Below, piece by piece: positions 23,602 to 36,450 of a DNA stretch of 42,100 nt (positions are counted from its first letter, which is position 1; every line of letters starts with the position of its first letter). Both the position numbers and the translations under genes were made by a program. The notes beneath the pieces are model-generated. The model was not told where the DNA came from. It searched no databases and saw only the letters and a list, made by a program, of their open reading frames with translations. Source of the stretch: Octopus bimaculoides (Eukaryota); contig NC_068987.1 in NCBI RefSeq assembly GCF_001194135.2, positions 37,549,264 through 37,591,363 on the forward strand, read 5' to 3'.

Positions 23602-24795
23602 CACTGCATGCCACATTATTAGGCAAATCAACCTTCTCTCAATAAATAAATGTTTATTCGTTTAAAACCAGTTGTTTTCCCACTGACTGTTCGCAACACC
23701 TGTCTGCACACATTCTGTTAAAATATTCGGACATGCGTAGACGAAATCAAACGACGACCATTATTGTGTAGCAGCTACATTTCTGCTGTCCCAAATTATT
23801 AGGCAGGTGCCCAATTTAATTGTCATTATGGATCAGAAGCGTGATCTTACATCGAATGAGAAGTCTACCATTGTGTCAGAGCTTGGAAAAGGGAAAAAAA
23901 AACAGAAATATCAAAAATACTGGGAAGAGATCATCGAACAGTGGAGAAATTTGTGCAGTCTCCTATTTCTGACCGGTCGAGGGCAGTTAAGGGTAATTAG
24001 AGGATTGCTACGAGTCGTACTTTGTCACGTATGAAAAGGGAAGATCTGCAGAACCCATGTCTGACAAGTAGGGAAATCTTCAAACGTTGTGGCAGTGAAG
24101 ACGTATCGAAAACTACCAGGCATCCCCTCTTGAAGCAGGTAGCCAGGAATGTTAAACCTGTTACAAGGATCCTCTGAAGGCTGTTCATAAGCAGAAGAGA
24201 CTGAAATGGGCAGAAGAATACACGAAGATAGATTTATCAACGGTTCTATTTATTGACAAATGCCGTGCTACCCTTGACGGACCAGATTGCTGGAGTAAAG
24301 GTTGAGTATCAATCAGAAGGAACCGTCCTCATAAATTGAAACGCCAATAGGGGCGAGGTGGGGTCCTGTTTTGGGCTAGCATCGTTGGTAGTATGATGGT
24401 CGGGCCATGGAAAGTCCCAGAGGGCATTAATAGGACATCGAAAATATATTTTACCTTCTTAAAGGACAATTTCCAACTCTGGTTCAAATAGCAAAAAACT
24501 TTCATTCAAGAGAAAGCTGGTTTGTTTTCATACAAGATAACGCCCCGTCTCATGCAGCGAAGGATTCTAAGGAATACCTGCAGCAAATAGGCTTCTCTGG
24601 AGGTCGTTTGATGGAGTGGCCGCCTTGTTTCTCTCACTTAAATCTGATTCGGGACCTGTGGAGAGTCCTGAACAGGCGCATTTACCAAGATGGACTGCAG
24701 TTTTCAAGTAAAGTTGCCCTCTGGGATGCTATCATAGATGCTGTTCAAAGCATGGCACAAGAGGATATCATCACCTTGACAAATCCAATGGATCA
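23602..24795 (+). mobile_element. Tc1-like DD37E (TRT-type) transposon remnant
   Basis: TA + CACTGCATGCCACATTATTAGGCAA left end; MDQKRDLTSNEKSTIVSELGKG; TLDGPDCW; QDNAPSH...WPPCFSHLNLIRDLW with 37 residues from D (24536) to the position normally E. Several frameshifts and stops; right end missing. Confidence 0.85.
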
Positions 24796-24829
24796 GTTAG
24801 GTAGGTAGGTAGGTAGGTAGGTAGGTATG

Positions 24830-27770
24830 CATTACAACCACACCAATTCAGGAAAAAAGATCGTTCTTGGCGATTTCAATGCACTGTATTTGGCCGCCAT
24901 AGCATCAAAGTAAACACTAACGACTTGAAGCTATTTGAAAATTGTTCAGAATTCATCTCAATAATGTTTTTTTTATCAAGAATAAGGTTACATAGACTCA
25001 CCAGAGATCTAAGAATGGTCACATGACTGACTTTATCGTCAATCACAAACATGACATTAGCGATGTATGTAACGTGCGTGTGATGCAAAGCGTAGAGTGG
25101 GATACATCACAGAATGGTACGAGGTAAATTTGAAACAGAGGTCTGAAAAAAGATTCGTATGAGTGGGGTGAAGATAGCAAAGCGTATCGATATTACAAAA
25201 CTGAAACTGCCAGATGTACATGAGACCTTAAACAAACGATTTGATTGTCTTGAAATTGATGGAACAAAAGAGAACTATAAAATACAAGTCTTGTCACTGG
25301 GAGTCAATGTACTTGGTTTTATAAAGAAGAAACATAAGGAGTGGACTTATAATAATGATGCTTCTATCAGCCAGCTACTGAAAACGAAACAAGCTTTTCA
25401 TGAAAATATTTTGAAACAGTGCCCTTCGTTACAGCCTATAACGGAGAGGACTTATAAGGAATACAATGCAACGTTACAGCGGAAACTAAGAAGAACTAAG
25501 AATGATAAGTGATTGAAGGTCTCTTCAAAGATTTAAAGAGCTCATGGTGCAAAGTACTCGGAGATATTTTATGGTCTTCTACGTGATGTTTTTGGCTCAC
25601 CAACTTCTACTGTAATTTACAGTAGTTCCTCAGAAGTCCAAGGACAATATTACTGTCATCAAAGAACAGACGAAAATCCTGCAGTAACGACAAGAGCACT
25701 TCACTGATTTCTATGGTTGCCCATCAGTAGTCGATGATAATGCCATAGAGAGTCTTCCTCAATGCGATATAACATTCACAATGGATCGATTACCATCTTA
25801 TAATGAGGTGAAAATGGCTGTCAAACAGATAAATACCGGTAGAACATCTGACCGAGGTGGTCTTCCCGTCGAACTGCTGAATGTTGGAAGCGAAAACGTA
25901 ACATATATTTAACCTCATCACCAAGAGCTGGACTGGCACCTCTATTGTAAAAGACTGGATTGCTGACATTTTAATGTCTTTGTTCAAGAGTAAAGAGTAA
26001 ATGAGAAGAAGGAACTTGTGACCTCCTGGCAGTTGTCGACAAAGTGCATACTAGACTGATGGAAGATATCTGTCCCGCAGTCATCCCTGGATCACGAGAT
26101 GGCTTTAGATCAAGCAGAGGGACTATCAACATGATGTTCTCTGCTAGACAGATTCTAGAGAAATGCACTGAACAGCAAGTGTCTTTATATCACGTCTTTG
26201 TTGATTTACCGAAAGCTTTTGATAAAGTTATCAGAGTTGCACTGCGGAAGATCCGTGGAAAGGTCGGGTACCCAACATTGCTAGTTAGTATGTTTAAGCG
26301 GTTGCGCCAAGACATGAAGGCTCGAGTCATCTTTAACGAAAAATTGTCTGACGAAGTTGACAATGGAGTAAAGAAAGGCGATATTCTTGCTCTCACACTT
26401 TTCCATATTTTTTGTTGTTCTGCTTACGCATGCGTTCCACGAATGTAATAATGGCGTCTTCTTGCAGTTCAGACCTACTGGAAGAGTCTTCAATTTGAGA
26501 AGGTTCAATTTCAAGTCGGTAACTTTTGAAACTTGGATCAGAGAACTCCTTAATGCAGATGATGTTAACTTCCTGGCTCACACTGCGGATGCCATACAGT
26601 ATAATTATAGATAGTTTTACTGCTCTGTGCACAGCTTAAAATAAGTCTGAAAAATATACCAAGGTAATGCTCACACCTGCTCCAGGCGAACCGTATGTCG
26701 AACCAAATATCGAAGTATATGGTGCAAGATTGGACGTAGTTGACACTTTCGTTTAAGTAGGTAGCATGTTGTTGAGAGATGACTTCCTGGATACAGATAG
26801 ATATCTACGCATTCAGAAAACATTTGGGAAGCTTATAAAGAGAGTCGGAGAAATCGCAGCATGGCCCTCAAGACCAGGCTTGCGTACTAACGGTTCCATT
26901 GTACTTTTGTGAAATATGGACCGTGGACATCTCAAGCTGCTTTGGCACTTTTATGAAAAATGTTTGAGACACGTAATCAACAAATGGCAAAGTAAAACAC
27001 CTGACGCAAAAGTCCTTGCAAAGGCAGGATGCACAAACATCTAGTCACTCATGATATCTATTCAGATGCTTTGGACAGTTCATATTTTGCATATGGAATT
27101 TTATAGGTTTCCAAAGCAGCTGATCTACGGTTATCTGTGCATTGGACAGCGTCCGCAGCACAAACTGCAAAAAAAAAAAAGGTACAAATACTGCATAAAA
27201 AGTAACTTGAAGAAATTGCAAATCAATGTAAAGAACTGGGAAGAACTAGCTTTGGAAAGAGTTGAGACAGGGAAGCGTATAAGGGACGGTTGCGAAACAT
27301 TTGAAGAGTGCTGCCCTGATCACGAATAGCTAAAGCGCTGGCTTCAGGGGGTCTGTCATCAGAACCTCAGTGAGAACATAAAGTGCTGGACGTGTGAAAC
27401 GTGTGATCGTGAACTCCTTTCCCAGGCTGGGTAGGTCAACCATCTGAAGTCCTCAGAAAGATCAACTGTAACTAACGTCCTTCCTTCTAGATGGTATGAT
27501 CCGGCCTGTGTGGTGTGTAAAAAGGCTTTTAAATAGATTTCCGGTCTAAAGAGACATATGACGGTTCATACAGATCATGTTTTAAAACGTGATCCGGTCA
27601 GTCTATAGGTTACAGCTTTCGCCTGTCACCTATGCTTCAAATCATGCAGTGCAGCGAGACTAAATAGTCATCTGTGAGGTTATAGACGGAAGGTCAGAAA
27701 TGCCATTGACAACTAGGAACTTCAGAGAGTCGGCAATCATTTGTGAAAGTGAAGCAATCACCATCTATGT
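24830..27770 (+). mobile_element. RTE-clade (BovB-like) LINE, decayed
   Basis: APE motif IVLGDFNA; RT GFRSSRGTINMMFSARQILEKC, FVDLPKAFDKV, NGVKKGDILAL, VFNLRRF, IRELLNADD; post-RT PKQLIYG; many lesions. Confidence 0.88.
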
Positions 27771-28479
27771 GTATATGCAGCAAAATACGTCAAACAAGTC
27801 ATTACAAAATTTGATGCTTTGAGTTTTGCATCCATTAATTTTTAATGTTTTCCAAAATTACAAACGACTTTCCGATGCGGTGGTCAGTGTAAAATCCATG
27901 CCTGTGGCAATGAAGTACCATCACTGCAGCGATACTCCAATCGTCGGCTAAGCTGTATCTGCTGATGGCGTGTCGGCGGTGTCTAGGAAACTAGTTTAAG
28001 TCTTGTCATATTGATGTACATTTTTATCATTGTGGGAGCTCATGACAGGGAGGTACTACATCTTAAAAAGAAAGAGGAGGAACGCACAAAGTTTGGTCAT
28101 ACACAACAGCAGCGTCGACAGTATATTTGTAGTGTTTATGTATGCTTTGTACGTATGTATGCATGCATAAATGTATGTATGGAAAATATTTGTTTCTAAG
28201 TAGGTATGTATGTAAAGAGGTTTTATATGTGCATGTATATAAAATCATGGTATGTATGTTATTCGCAATACGTATAAATATATGTGTGTACATACATACA
28301 TATATATGTACATGAATGCAGGTTTATATATATATATATATATCATGCATTGTATGTTTGTAAGTAGGTATGTTTATATGCAATTATGTATGTCTTTTTA
28401 TGCATATTTGTTTGTAAGATGTATGTATGTTTGTAAGTAGGTATAATTACCTTGTTTTCTCAAATATCTTTTTTCCTGT

Positions 28480-29060
28480 TCCCCTGCGTCTCTCCTTCCT
28501 CCTCTCCTCTCCTCCTCTCCTCTCCTCCTCTCCTCTCCTCNNNNNNNNNNNNNNNNNNNNNNNNNNNNNNNNNNNNNNNNNNNNNNNNNNNNNNNNNNNN
28601 NNNNNNNNNNNNNNNNNNNNNNNNNNNNNNNNNNNNNNNNNNNNNNNNNNNNNNNNNNNNNNNNNNNNNNNNNNNNNNNNNNNNNNNNNNNNCTCACCTC
28701 TTCTACTTACTCAGCCTTTATTCCTTACCTTGGACACCAACCAACAAACCGATCATCTTACCTGTTATCAGCAAGTTCAGTAGAATAAACAAAAAAAGGA
28801 ACCCCCCCATCACCACCATCACCACCATCACCACCACCACCACCATTACACCACCACCAACAGGAGCTATTTCATGCCAATGCCAAACATTCCACCTTCA
28901 CCTCCTTCACCTCTTATATTCCCCTTCACCGACTCACCCATCTCGCTGTTCACCCACCCCAGTGCCTCTTTCTCTACCTATTTATCTTTCACTCCCTCTC
29001 TTACTCGCTCGCTCGTTCACTCACTCACTCGCTCACCCACTCACTTACTTTCTCTCTCTA
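28480..29060. repeat. (CTCCT)n, gap, (CAC)n and pyrimidine-rich low complexity
   Basis: Direct reading. Confidence 0.85.
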
Positions 29061-29309
29061 ATTCACCATTACATAAATAGTTCACATTCTTTTATATTGA
29101 GTCACAAGAAGAGCAACACTAACTAACGGCTTAGGTCTATGAATGAACTTTTCATTTGTGGAATAGAGCCTCGTTCTGGTTACATGCTGCTGATTGGTAG
29201 AATTAATTCTAATAATTCTTTCATATGTATATATGCATCCATGCATGCTGCATGTATGTATGTATGTATGTATGTATTTATGCATGTATGTATTATGTGT
29301 GTGTTTGTG

Positions 29310-29359
<50 letters not shown>

Positions 29360-29525
29360 NNNNNNNNNNNNNNNNNNNNNNNNNNNNNNNNNNNNNNNNN
29401 NNNNNNNNNNNNNNNNNNNNNNNNNNNNNNNNNNNNNNNNNNNNNNNNNNNNNNNNNNNNNNNNNNNNNNNNNNNNNNNNNNNNNNNNNNNNNNNNNNNN
29501 NNNNNNNNNNNNNNNNNNNNNNNNN

Positions 29526-29557
<32 letters not shown>

Positions 29558-30039
29558 TGCATACATTTATATTTCTTGGCATATTTATTGGTGTGTATAT
29601 AAACGTGAGGGTGAAAGAGAATGAAATATGGACGGGGGTCTGGAGAATAATATCGTAGAGGAGAGATTGGAAGGGAAAAGAATTATGTTGTTTATGCTGA
29701 AAGTTATTGCGAGTATGCGAGGACAGGTGTGAAGGTTTTTCTATATCTTTTATATACATACGCGCGCGCCACACACACACACACATATACACATACTTAT
29801 ATTTACTTATTCATGCGCATACATACATACATACTTACATACATACATACATACATACGTACATACATACATACATACATACATACGTACATACAATCTT
29901 CTGCATTTATATAATTTATCTATACATACATATACAAATATATATATGTAAGATATTTGTGGGTGTCTTTGGGCGCGTATTGAAGGTGGATCTGCCTACG
30001 AAGAAAAGAAGAAAGTAACAGTAGAAAATTGAAGGGCAA

Positions 30040-30200
30040 TTGCGTGTCAGAAGCTCTAAAGAAGCATCTTAAATGTCTTTCAAGATTTAGTGATTGTGAG
30101 TTCAAACACCGTTCGTACTAATTTATCTTTCACCCTTCTTATGGTGAGTAAAATACGAGCTGGGATTGTAATAAGGCAGGCTCAATCGATGGTATGAAGG
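30040..30200 (+). mobile_element. Very old SINE family A-like copy
   Basis: GAGTTCAAACACCG..TTTATCTTTCACCCTTC..GTGAGTAAAATACG weakly matches the B box and body. Confidence 0.35.
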
Positions 30201-31239
30201 AATTGATATATCAATAAAATAGGCACATATGAATTTATGAATAGATGAGAGTTTTGTAGAATACTTAGTGGTATTTCATTCAGATAGAACAAAGTTCAGG
30301 TTTTCAATTCTGGGTGTGTGTTTTCATATCAAAAGACTGGCGATGATTCATAGGGTCCATCTGTATTCACATACTTTACTAACTTTGAACTATAACTGGC
30401 CTTTTAAACAATAGCACAGACATGCAATGGATGGCATTTCAATAAGGAAAGTGGGCATATGCATAAACTTCATTTATATATGTGCACGTGTATGTATGTA
30501 TGTATGTATGTATGTATCCCAAAATACAAAAGAAAAGGGAAATGAAGAGATCATACAATGCATACATACCTTTTCCACCCTCTATTTTCAAAAACCTCTC
30601 TCTAGACCCTCCAAACTCTCGGAGATAGAGGTATAACTTTACAGTATATTTTAACAATATCTTTTACATCTACATCACTATTAATATCAACAGCTTCAGA
30701 GAAAGATCTTCACTAACAACAACCCTAAACTTGTACCAGAAAAAGAATAATTATAAGGTGTGCACACCCATTAAACTCCAAAGAAATCATACCTCCATGA
30801 ATTTAAACTAGTAACTACAACTTCCACACCTTATAAAACACTTCCTTATGTATCAATAATTATAGGTAGAAATGCATATTAAACTTTGAAGAAGTTATAA
30901 CAACCTTCTCAGGTATTATTTAGGCAATTAGTCTTAATCGAATTCAAATTACACTGCTAATTACTTACACTTATTCCTCATTCAGAAATATTAACAAAAA
31001 ATTGGACACTACGAGTAGCACACTACAACTACCCGAAAGTACTGTAATAGAAATAAGCGAAACGTAGATTAAAAACGAGGTACCTTTTGACAGGTTACCC
31101 GACGAGACATATTTGCACCTATGATGAACCACGACTGTTTCTACAGCATCTTACTCGCGGGGCGCCGTTGCACGATAGGTCGAAATGATCGTAACGAATA
31201 ATATTTTGTTAATTCCATGTGTGTGTGTGTGAGTTTGTG

Positions 31240-31271
<32 letters not shown>

Positions 31272-31356
31272 TGTATGCATTTATGTATGTATGTATGTGT
31301 GTATGTATGTATGTATGTATGTATGCATGTATGTATGTATGTATGCATGTATGCCA

Positions 31357-34300
31357 CTGGATGAGTGGCGGCGGAGGGTTCAAGTCTTATTTAGATAGGA
31401 CAGTGATAAGAACTAGAGATAAGTCTAATTTTAGTTGTCCACAGCTTGTCCAGGTGTCCTACACTGACCATAGAATGGTTAAGTGTAGACTGGACATAGC
31501 ACACTTAAGATAGGACCCGGATACTGGAAGCTGAATAAGTCTATTTTGACTTGTGAGACATACCGTAGCCGGATTAAGGAGTTAGTGCAGACGATGTTTA
31601 CCGGAGCCGTGGTTAATAACCGGTGGTGGTTCGCCCTCAAAAGAGCCATTCGATTCGAGTCCATTAGGTTTAGTAAACAACTAAGACTAGATAGGGCTAG
31701 AACAGAAGGGCAACTAGTTAAGAACTTAGCAGAGGCGTTGAGGTTGGGCTCTGCATCTCACATTTTGGTGGCGAGAACGGCATTAGACCGTCACCTTAAA
31801 GCCAAACATGAGGCGATAGAGTTCGGGTTAAAGTGCGAGCATTGGGCCGTGAGAGAATTAATGTTGCCGGATGGGCCCGTACGATAGAAACCCAGCGTGG
31901 CAACGATGCCACAATTAGGTCTCTTGTTGACAAAAACGGATGCATGGTCAAGGAGCGGGACGGGATGTGTGAGGCNNNNNNNNNNNNNNNNNNNNNNNNN
32001 NNNNNNNNNNNNNNNNNNNNNNNNNNNNNNNNNNNNNNNNNNNNNNNNNNNNNNNNNNNNNNNNNNNNNNNNNNNNNNNNNNNNNNNNNNNNNNNNNNNN
32101 NNNNNNNNNNNNNNNNNNNNNNNNNNNNNNNNNNNNNNNNNNNNNNNNNNNNNNNNNNNNNNNNNNNNNNNNNNNNNNNNNNNNNNNNNNNNNNNNNNNN
32201 NNNNNNNNNNNNNNNNNNNNNNNNNNNNNNNNNNNNNNNNNNNNNNNNNNNNNNNNNNNNNNNNNNNNNNNNNNNNNNNNNNNNNNNNNNNNNNNNNNNN
32301 NNNNNNNNNNNNNNNNNNNNNNNNNNNNNNNNNNNNNNNNNNNNNNNNNNNNNNNNNNNNNNNNNNNNNNNNNNNNNNNNNNCAAGGGGGACGAGACAGG
32401 TAACTTTAGGCCCATAACTCTGTTAAACACAGAGTTAAAGATTCTGGCCAAGGTATTGGCAAAAAGGTTGGCGGGGGTCGTGGACAAACTTGTCGGAGAA
32501 GCGCAAACTTGCGCTGTCCCGGACAGGTCAATCCACGACACTCTCTACCTTATACGCTACTCTTTAGAGAGGGTAAGGAAACTTTCTCGCGCAGGGGGAG
32601 CACTGTTGCATTTAGACCAGTCTAAAGCATTTGATAGGGTCGACCATCGGTACTTGGCGGTGGTCCTCGGGGAGGCTGGCCTGGGCCCGACCTTTCGCGG
32701 TTGGATTTCTGCTTTGTATAGCGACATCGGATCTGTCGTCAAGGTGAACTGTTTCTTTTCGAAGCCGTTCAGGATCGAGCATTCAGTTCGTCAGGGGTGT
32801 CCCCTGTCCCTGCTTCTGTATGTGTTGGCTCTTGAGCCATTGCTGCGGAAGTTGGAGGCACTAGGAGCGCGCCGCATGATCTCTGGTGTGGAAGAGGAGC
32901 TACGGCGTATGCGGATGACATCTCCATCATCATGGCAGATGAAGGCTAACTTCCAGTGGTGGAAAAGGCCATCAAAAGCTACGATTCGGTAGCAGGAGCA
33001 AAGGTTAACAAGAACAAGTCGGTCAGTTTGCAACTCGGCACCTGGAGGGGCAAGCCGATGCCGTCCAATAACGACGTGGGGCGTTGGACGGAAGGTCCTG
33101 TTAAGCTGCTCTGAGTCTGGATTGGTCCAGACCTCCAGATAGAGATAAATTGGAGTGAGGTCGCCAGCAGGATGATCCTCTAACCCAGACCTGGTCTGGA
33201 CGGGCGTTATCCCTGCTAGGGAGGGCCGAGGTGGTGCAGGTGCTTATAACATCAGTAATCACCTACCGTCTGACCGTGGTGCCTTGCCCTGATTTGTGGC
33301 TGAACAAGTTGGAGAGAATCCTTTTCCGCTTTCTGTGGAAAGGAGGAAAGCCACTTGTAAAGTGCTCTGTCTGCTGCCAGAAACCGCTAAAGGGTGGGCT
33401 TGGCTGAAGATGCGAAAACTCGCGTTGAGGTTCAAGCACCTCTGGCTTTACCTGGATGGAGAGCAGGTGTGGTCACCACACATTCGATTCTACCTTCCCC
33501 AGTTAACTTCCTTAACGGACATCGGTGCATGGACCAAGCGGAGACCTAAACTGGGGGAATGGCATTTGGAGTGCCGTTAGGCACTCCAGCTACTCTCTCG
33601 GGTGGGCAACGCCGGCAGCAGGAGTTCCACTGCGGATTTCTATAGCGGGTTAGTAGAATTTATGTCAGAAGACGCCTTGGAGAAGACCCTGGGCTACGAT
33701 GAAAATTAGTTGGTCAGCCTGTTCCTGAAAACGTTCGGGCCGGGGTATCTGGATAATTACCAGAAATCCCTGGCCTGGCAGTGTTTCCGTGCGGCGTTAC
33801 TTGTTCGCAACAAGCTGTTAAGGTACGGAGGTGCCGTGTCGCAGACATACCCGCGATGTGAGCAGGATAGGGAGACCGTCTTGCATGCATTCGTGGTGTG
33901 CCCGGAGTTATCGGGACTGATTGCTTTTGCCGAACAACTGTTGTCAGTGATGAGAAGAGTACAGCTATCAGCGGAGTCTATCACTGAGATTGTGCCACCT
34001 CCTTTCCTCATCGGGGAAAGGAAGACTTGTTTTTCCTGCGTAGTAGCCATACTGAAAGAAACAGTATGGAAGACACGTACGAAAGGTATAGTGACAGGTA
34101 CCTTTGTCTCTGGCCAGGGGTTGGTTAACTTTTTTAGTTACCACCTCGGTAGTAAGATCAGGCTGGAGAAGAGGTGTTTGTCATGAGATATGCTTGTGAA
34201 AAGATGGAAGCCAGTGGCATGCAAGCTGGGTATGTTTGGCACCAGGTAAGTGTGGCCGGATCAAGAAGTAAAAGTTCTACCCAGATAGGCTGGGTGCCTT

Positions 34301-34477
34301 GCCCTTCTGTAATGTAACATTAAATTTGTTAACTTTCATAATGCTCATTAAAATTTTTACCTATCATCATATTGTAAATTTTTAAAACGTTTTAAAGCTA
34401 CTTCACCCTATATGTTTGTCTGTCCTTGTATGTCCCCTCTCTGCAACGCCTGAATGGCGAATTTTCATGAAATAAAG
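31357..34477 (+). mobile_element. Tx1/L1-clade LINE ORF2 (end of APE, RT, zinc finger) plus 3'UTR, 5'-truncated
   Basis: SYLDR..YTDH, GPGYWKLN, RPITLLNTELKILAK, LDQSKAFDRVDH, VRQGCPLS, YADD, PRCEQDRETVLHAFVVC; frameshifts and stops; ends ...GAAATAAAG. Confidence 0.92.
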
Positions 34478-34926
34478 TAGCTTGCTTACCAACCACATAG
34501 TTCCGGGTTCAGTCCCTCTGCGTGGCACCTTGGGCAAGTGTCTTCTACTATAGCCTCGGAGTAAAACGCATATTTTAACTGCATACTTTTATTTCCAACA
34601 TATGTTTCGAAGAATTACAATTTATACGATCCATAGGAATCGGCGATGTTAAAAATGTAAACTTCTCTTCAGGGAAATGCATGGGAACCAGCTTAAACGT
34701 AAGACATTATATATATAAGTATGTGTGTTTGTATGTGTCTGTTTGTCCCCCCAACATCGCTTGACAACCGATGCTGGTGTGTTTACGTCCACGTAAGTTA
34801 GCGGTTCGGCAAAATTGACCGATAGAATAAGTACTAGGTTTACAAAGAATAAGTCCTGGGGTCGATTAGCTCGACTAAAAGGCATGGCCACAGTCAAATG
34901 ACTGAAACAAGAAAAAGAGTAAAAGA
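34478..34926 (+). mobile_element. SINE family B copy lacking the A-box end, with an internal foreign segment (~34560-34700)
   Basis: TAGCTTGCTTACCAACCACATAGTTCCGGGTTCAGTCC (B box); body GTTTGTCCCCCCAACATCGCTTGACAACCG; tail GCATGGCCACAGTCAAATGACTGAAAC. Confidence 0.85.
34592..34677 (-). ncRNA. Minimal type-I hammerhead ribozyme motif, canonical core
   Basis: UUUCC-CUGAAGA-GAAG..(~49 nt)..CUUC-GAAA-CAUAUG-UU^GGAAA. Perfect 5-bp stem I, ACAUAUGU palindrome, GUU triplet; cleavage between plus positions 34597 and 34596. Confidence 0.8.
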
Positions 34927-35036
34927 GATATTGTGTATTACTAAATCAGGAACTATCAAACAACACAAAAACAGAAAAGAAATGCAAAATCAATTCATAG
35001 CAAAACTGTTACCTACCAAACAATGATACTATCTGG

Positions 35037-35262
35037 TTATTTTGTTAGCAAGCAACAAAATATGGCCAGAAAGGAAATAATAGTGAGTGAGGTGTGTTGG
35101 CCGTGAGATTGTGTGACGTTCATGCCTTCGGCTAAAAGTTCGGCTAAGCCATCGAACAAAATAGCATCATAGAATGAATATCTACAGTTATCATCTGACA
35201 AAATAGCAACACGGAACACACCCCGTCCCCTATCATAGTCTTTTGACACCTGATACCTACAC
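35037..35262 (-). CDS. Candidate terminal coding exon of an unidentified, possibly GPI-anchored host protein
   Basis: Acceptor TTTATTGTGTTTGTTATAGTAATTGACTTTGGCAG (AG at 35264-35263). Open frame CRYQVSKDYDRGRGVFRVAILSDDNCRYSFYDAILFDGLAELLAEGMNVTQSHGQHTSLTIISFLAIFCCLLTK* with an NVT sequon and hydrophobic tail; non-repetitive. No upstream exons identified. Confidence 0.4.
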
Positions 35263-35537
35263 CTGCCAAAGTCAATTACTATAACAAACACAATAAAAAA
35301 AAGATGACATTTTGGTGGGTGAGGTGTGCGAGTAAAGACTTTCCCCAACCCAAACACTTCCAGTCACCTGTGGTTTATAAATAGTGACACTCGCTTTTGT
35401 CGTTTTCTTTTTCTATTGGTTTTCTTTTAGCATGAATTTGACATTGCTTAAGAATGTATAATGGTTATAGGTTTAAATATTTCGACATTCATTCATATGC
35501 ATGCGTGCCCGCACACGCACATGTATGTGCCTATATA

Positions 35538-35569
<32 letters not shown>

Positions 35570-36219
35570 CGCACGAAAGATACTAATGTATGTATACGTA
35601 TGTGTGTATACATGTTTGCATAGACACACACTCACACATACATATATACACATTCATACGGAGATACGTGTATGCTAATCTGTTTACAGTCGTGCATCTG
35701 AATGTAGATCCATTAAATTATATGCATACATACACTTATAATATTTATAAGTGTGTGTGTGTACGTGTGCATACGTGCGTGTATGTGTATGTATGTATAT
35801 ATGTATGTATGTATGTACTATAGTATAATATGATAAAGAAGTGCGCTAGAAGGCATGACACGTAACTAAAGGTTTGAGCTCAGTAGAAAGTTCCACACGT
35901 CCCTCCTATAGCATAAACCTGTCAGTGACATCGACCTATTAACTCGGTTCATTTTCTGATATGTACCACGGAGTGTTCGTCCTGTATTGCTGTTATTGCT
36001 TTAATCTTTCTAATAGTTATTGTTGTAACTGCTGTTGTTGTTAGCATTGGGTCAGCGACGCCTCATAGTTATTTTTTCTCCTTTCTTCTCTGTTCAGTAG
36101 ATATAAGTGTGTAATTGCGAGTGCGTGTGTGCCAAACTGAATAAGTTCGGAAGGCGAGGGACCTCCACCACTCTCCTTGCTTCTATCTAGTTTCTACACA
36201 TTCTGTCACTCTCTATTCT

Positions 36220-36450
36220 TATTTCTTTATTGCCCACAAGGGACTAAACATAGAGGGGACAAACAAGGACAAACAAAGGGATTAAGTCGATTACATCGAC
36301 CCCAGTGCGGAACTGGTACTTAATTTATCGACCCCGAAAGGATGAAAGGCAAAGTCGACCTTGGCGGAATTTGAACTCAGAACGTAACGGCAGACGAAAT
36401 ACCGCTAAGCATTTCGCCCGGCGTGCTAACGTTTCTGCCAGCTCGCCACC
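36220..36450 (-). mobile_element. Young SINE (family A body, alternative tail) with 19-bp target-site duplication
   Basis: TTCTGTCACTCTCTATTCT at 36201-36219 and 36451-36469; well-preserved head and body. Confidence 0.93.
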
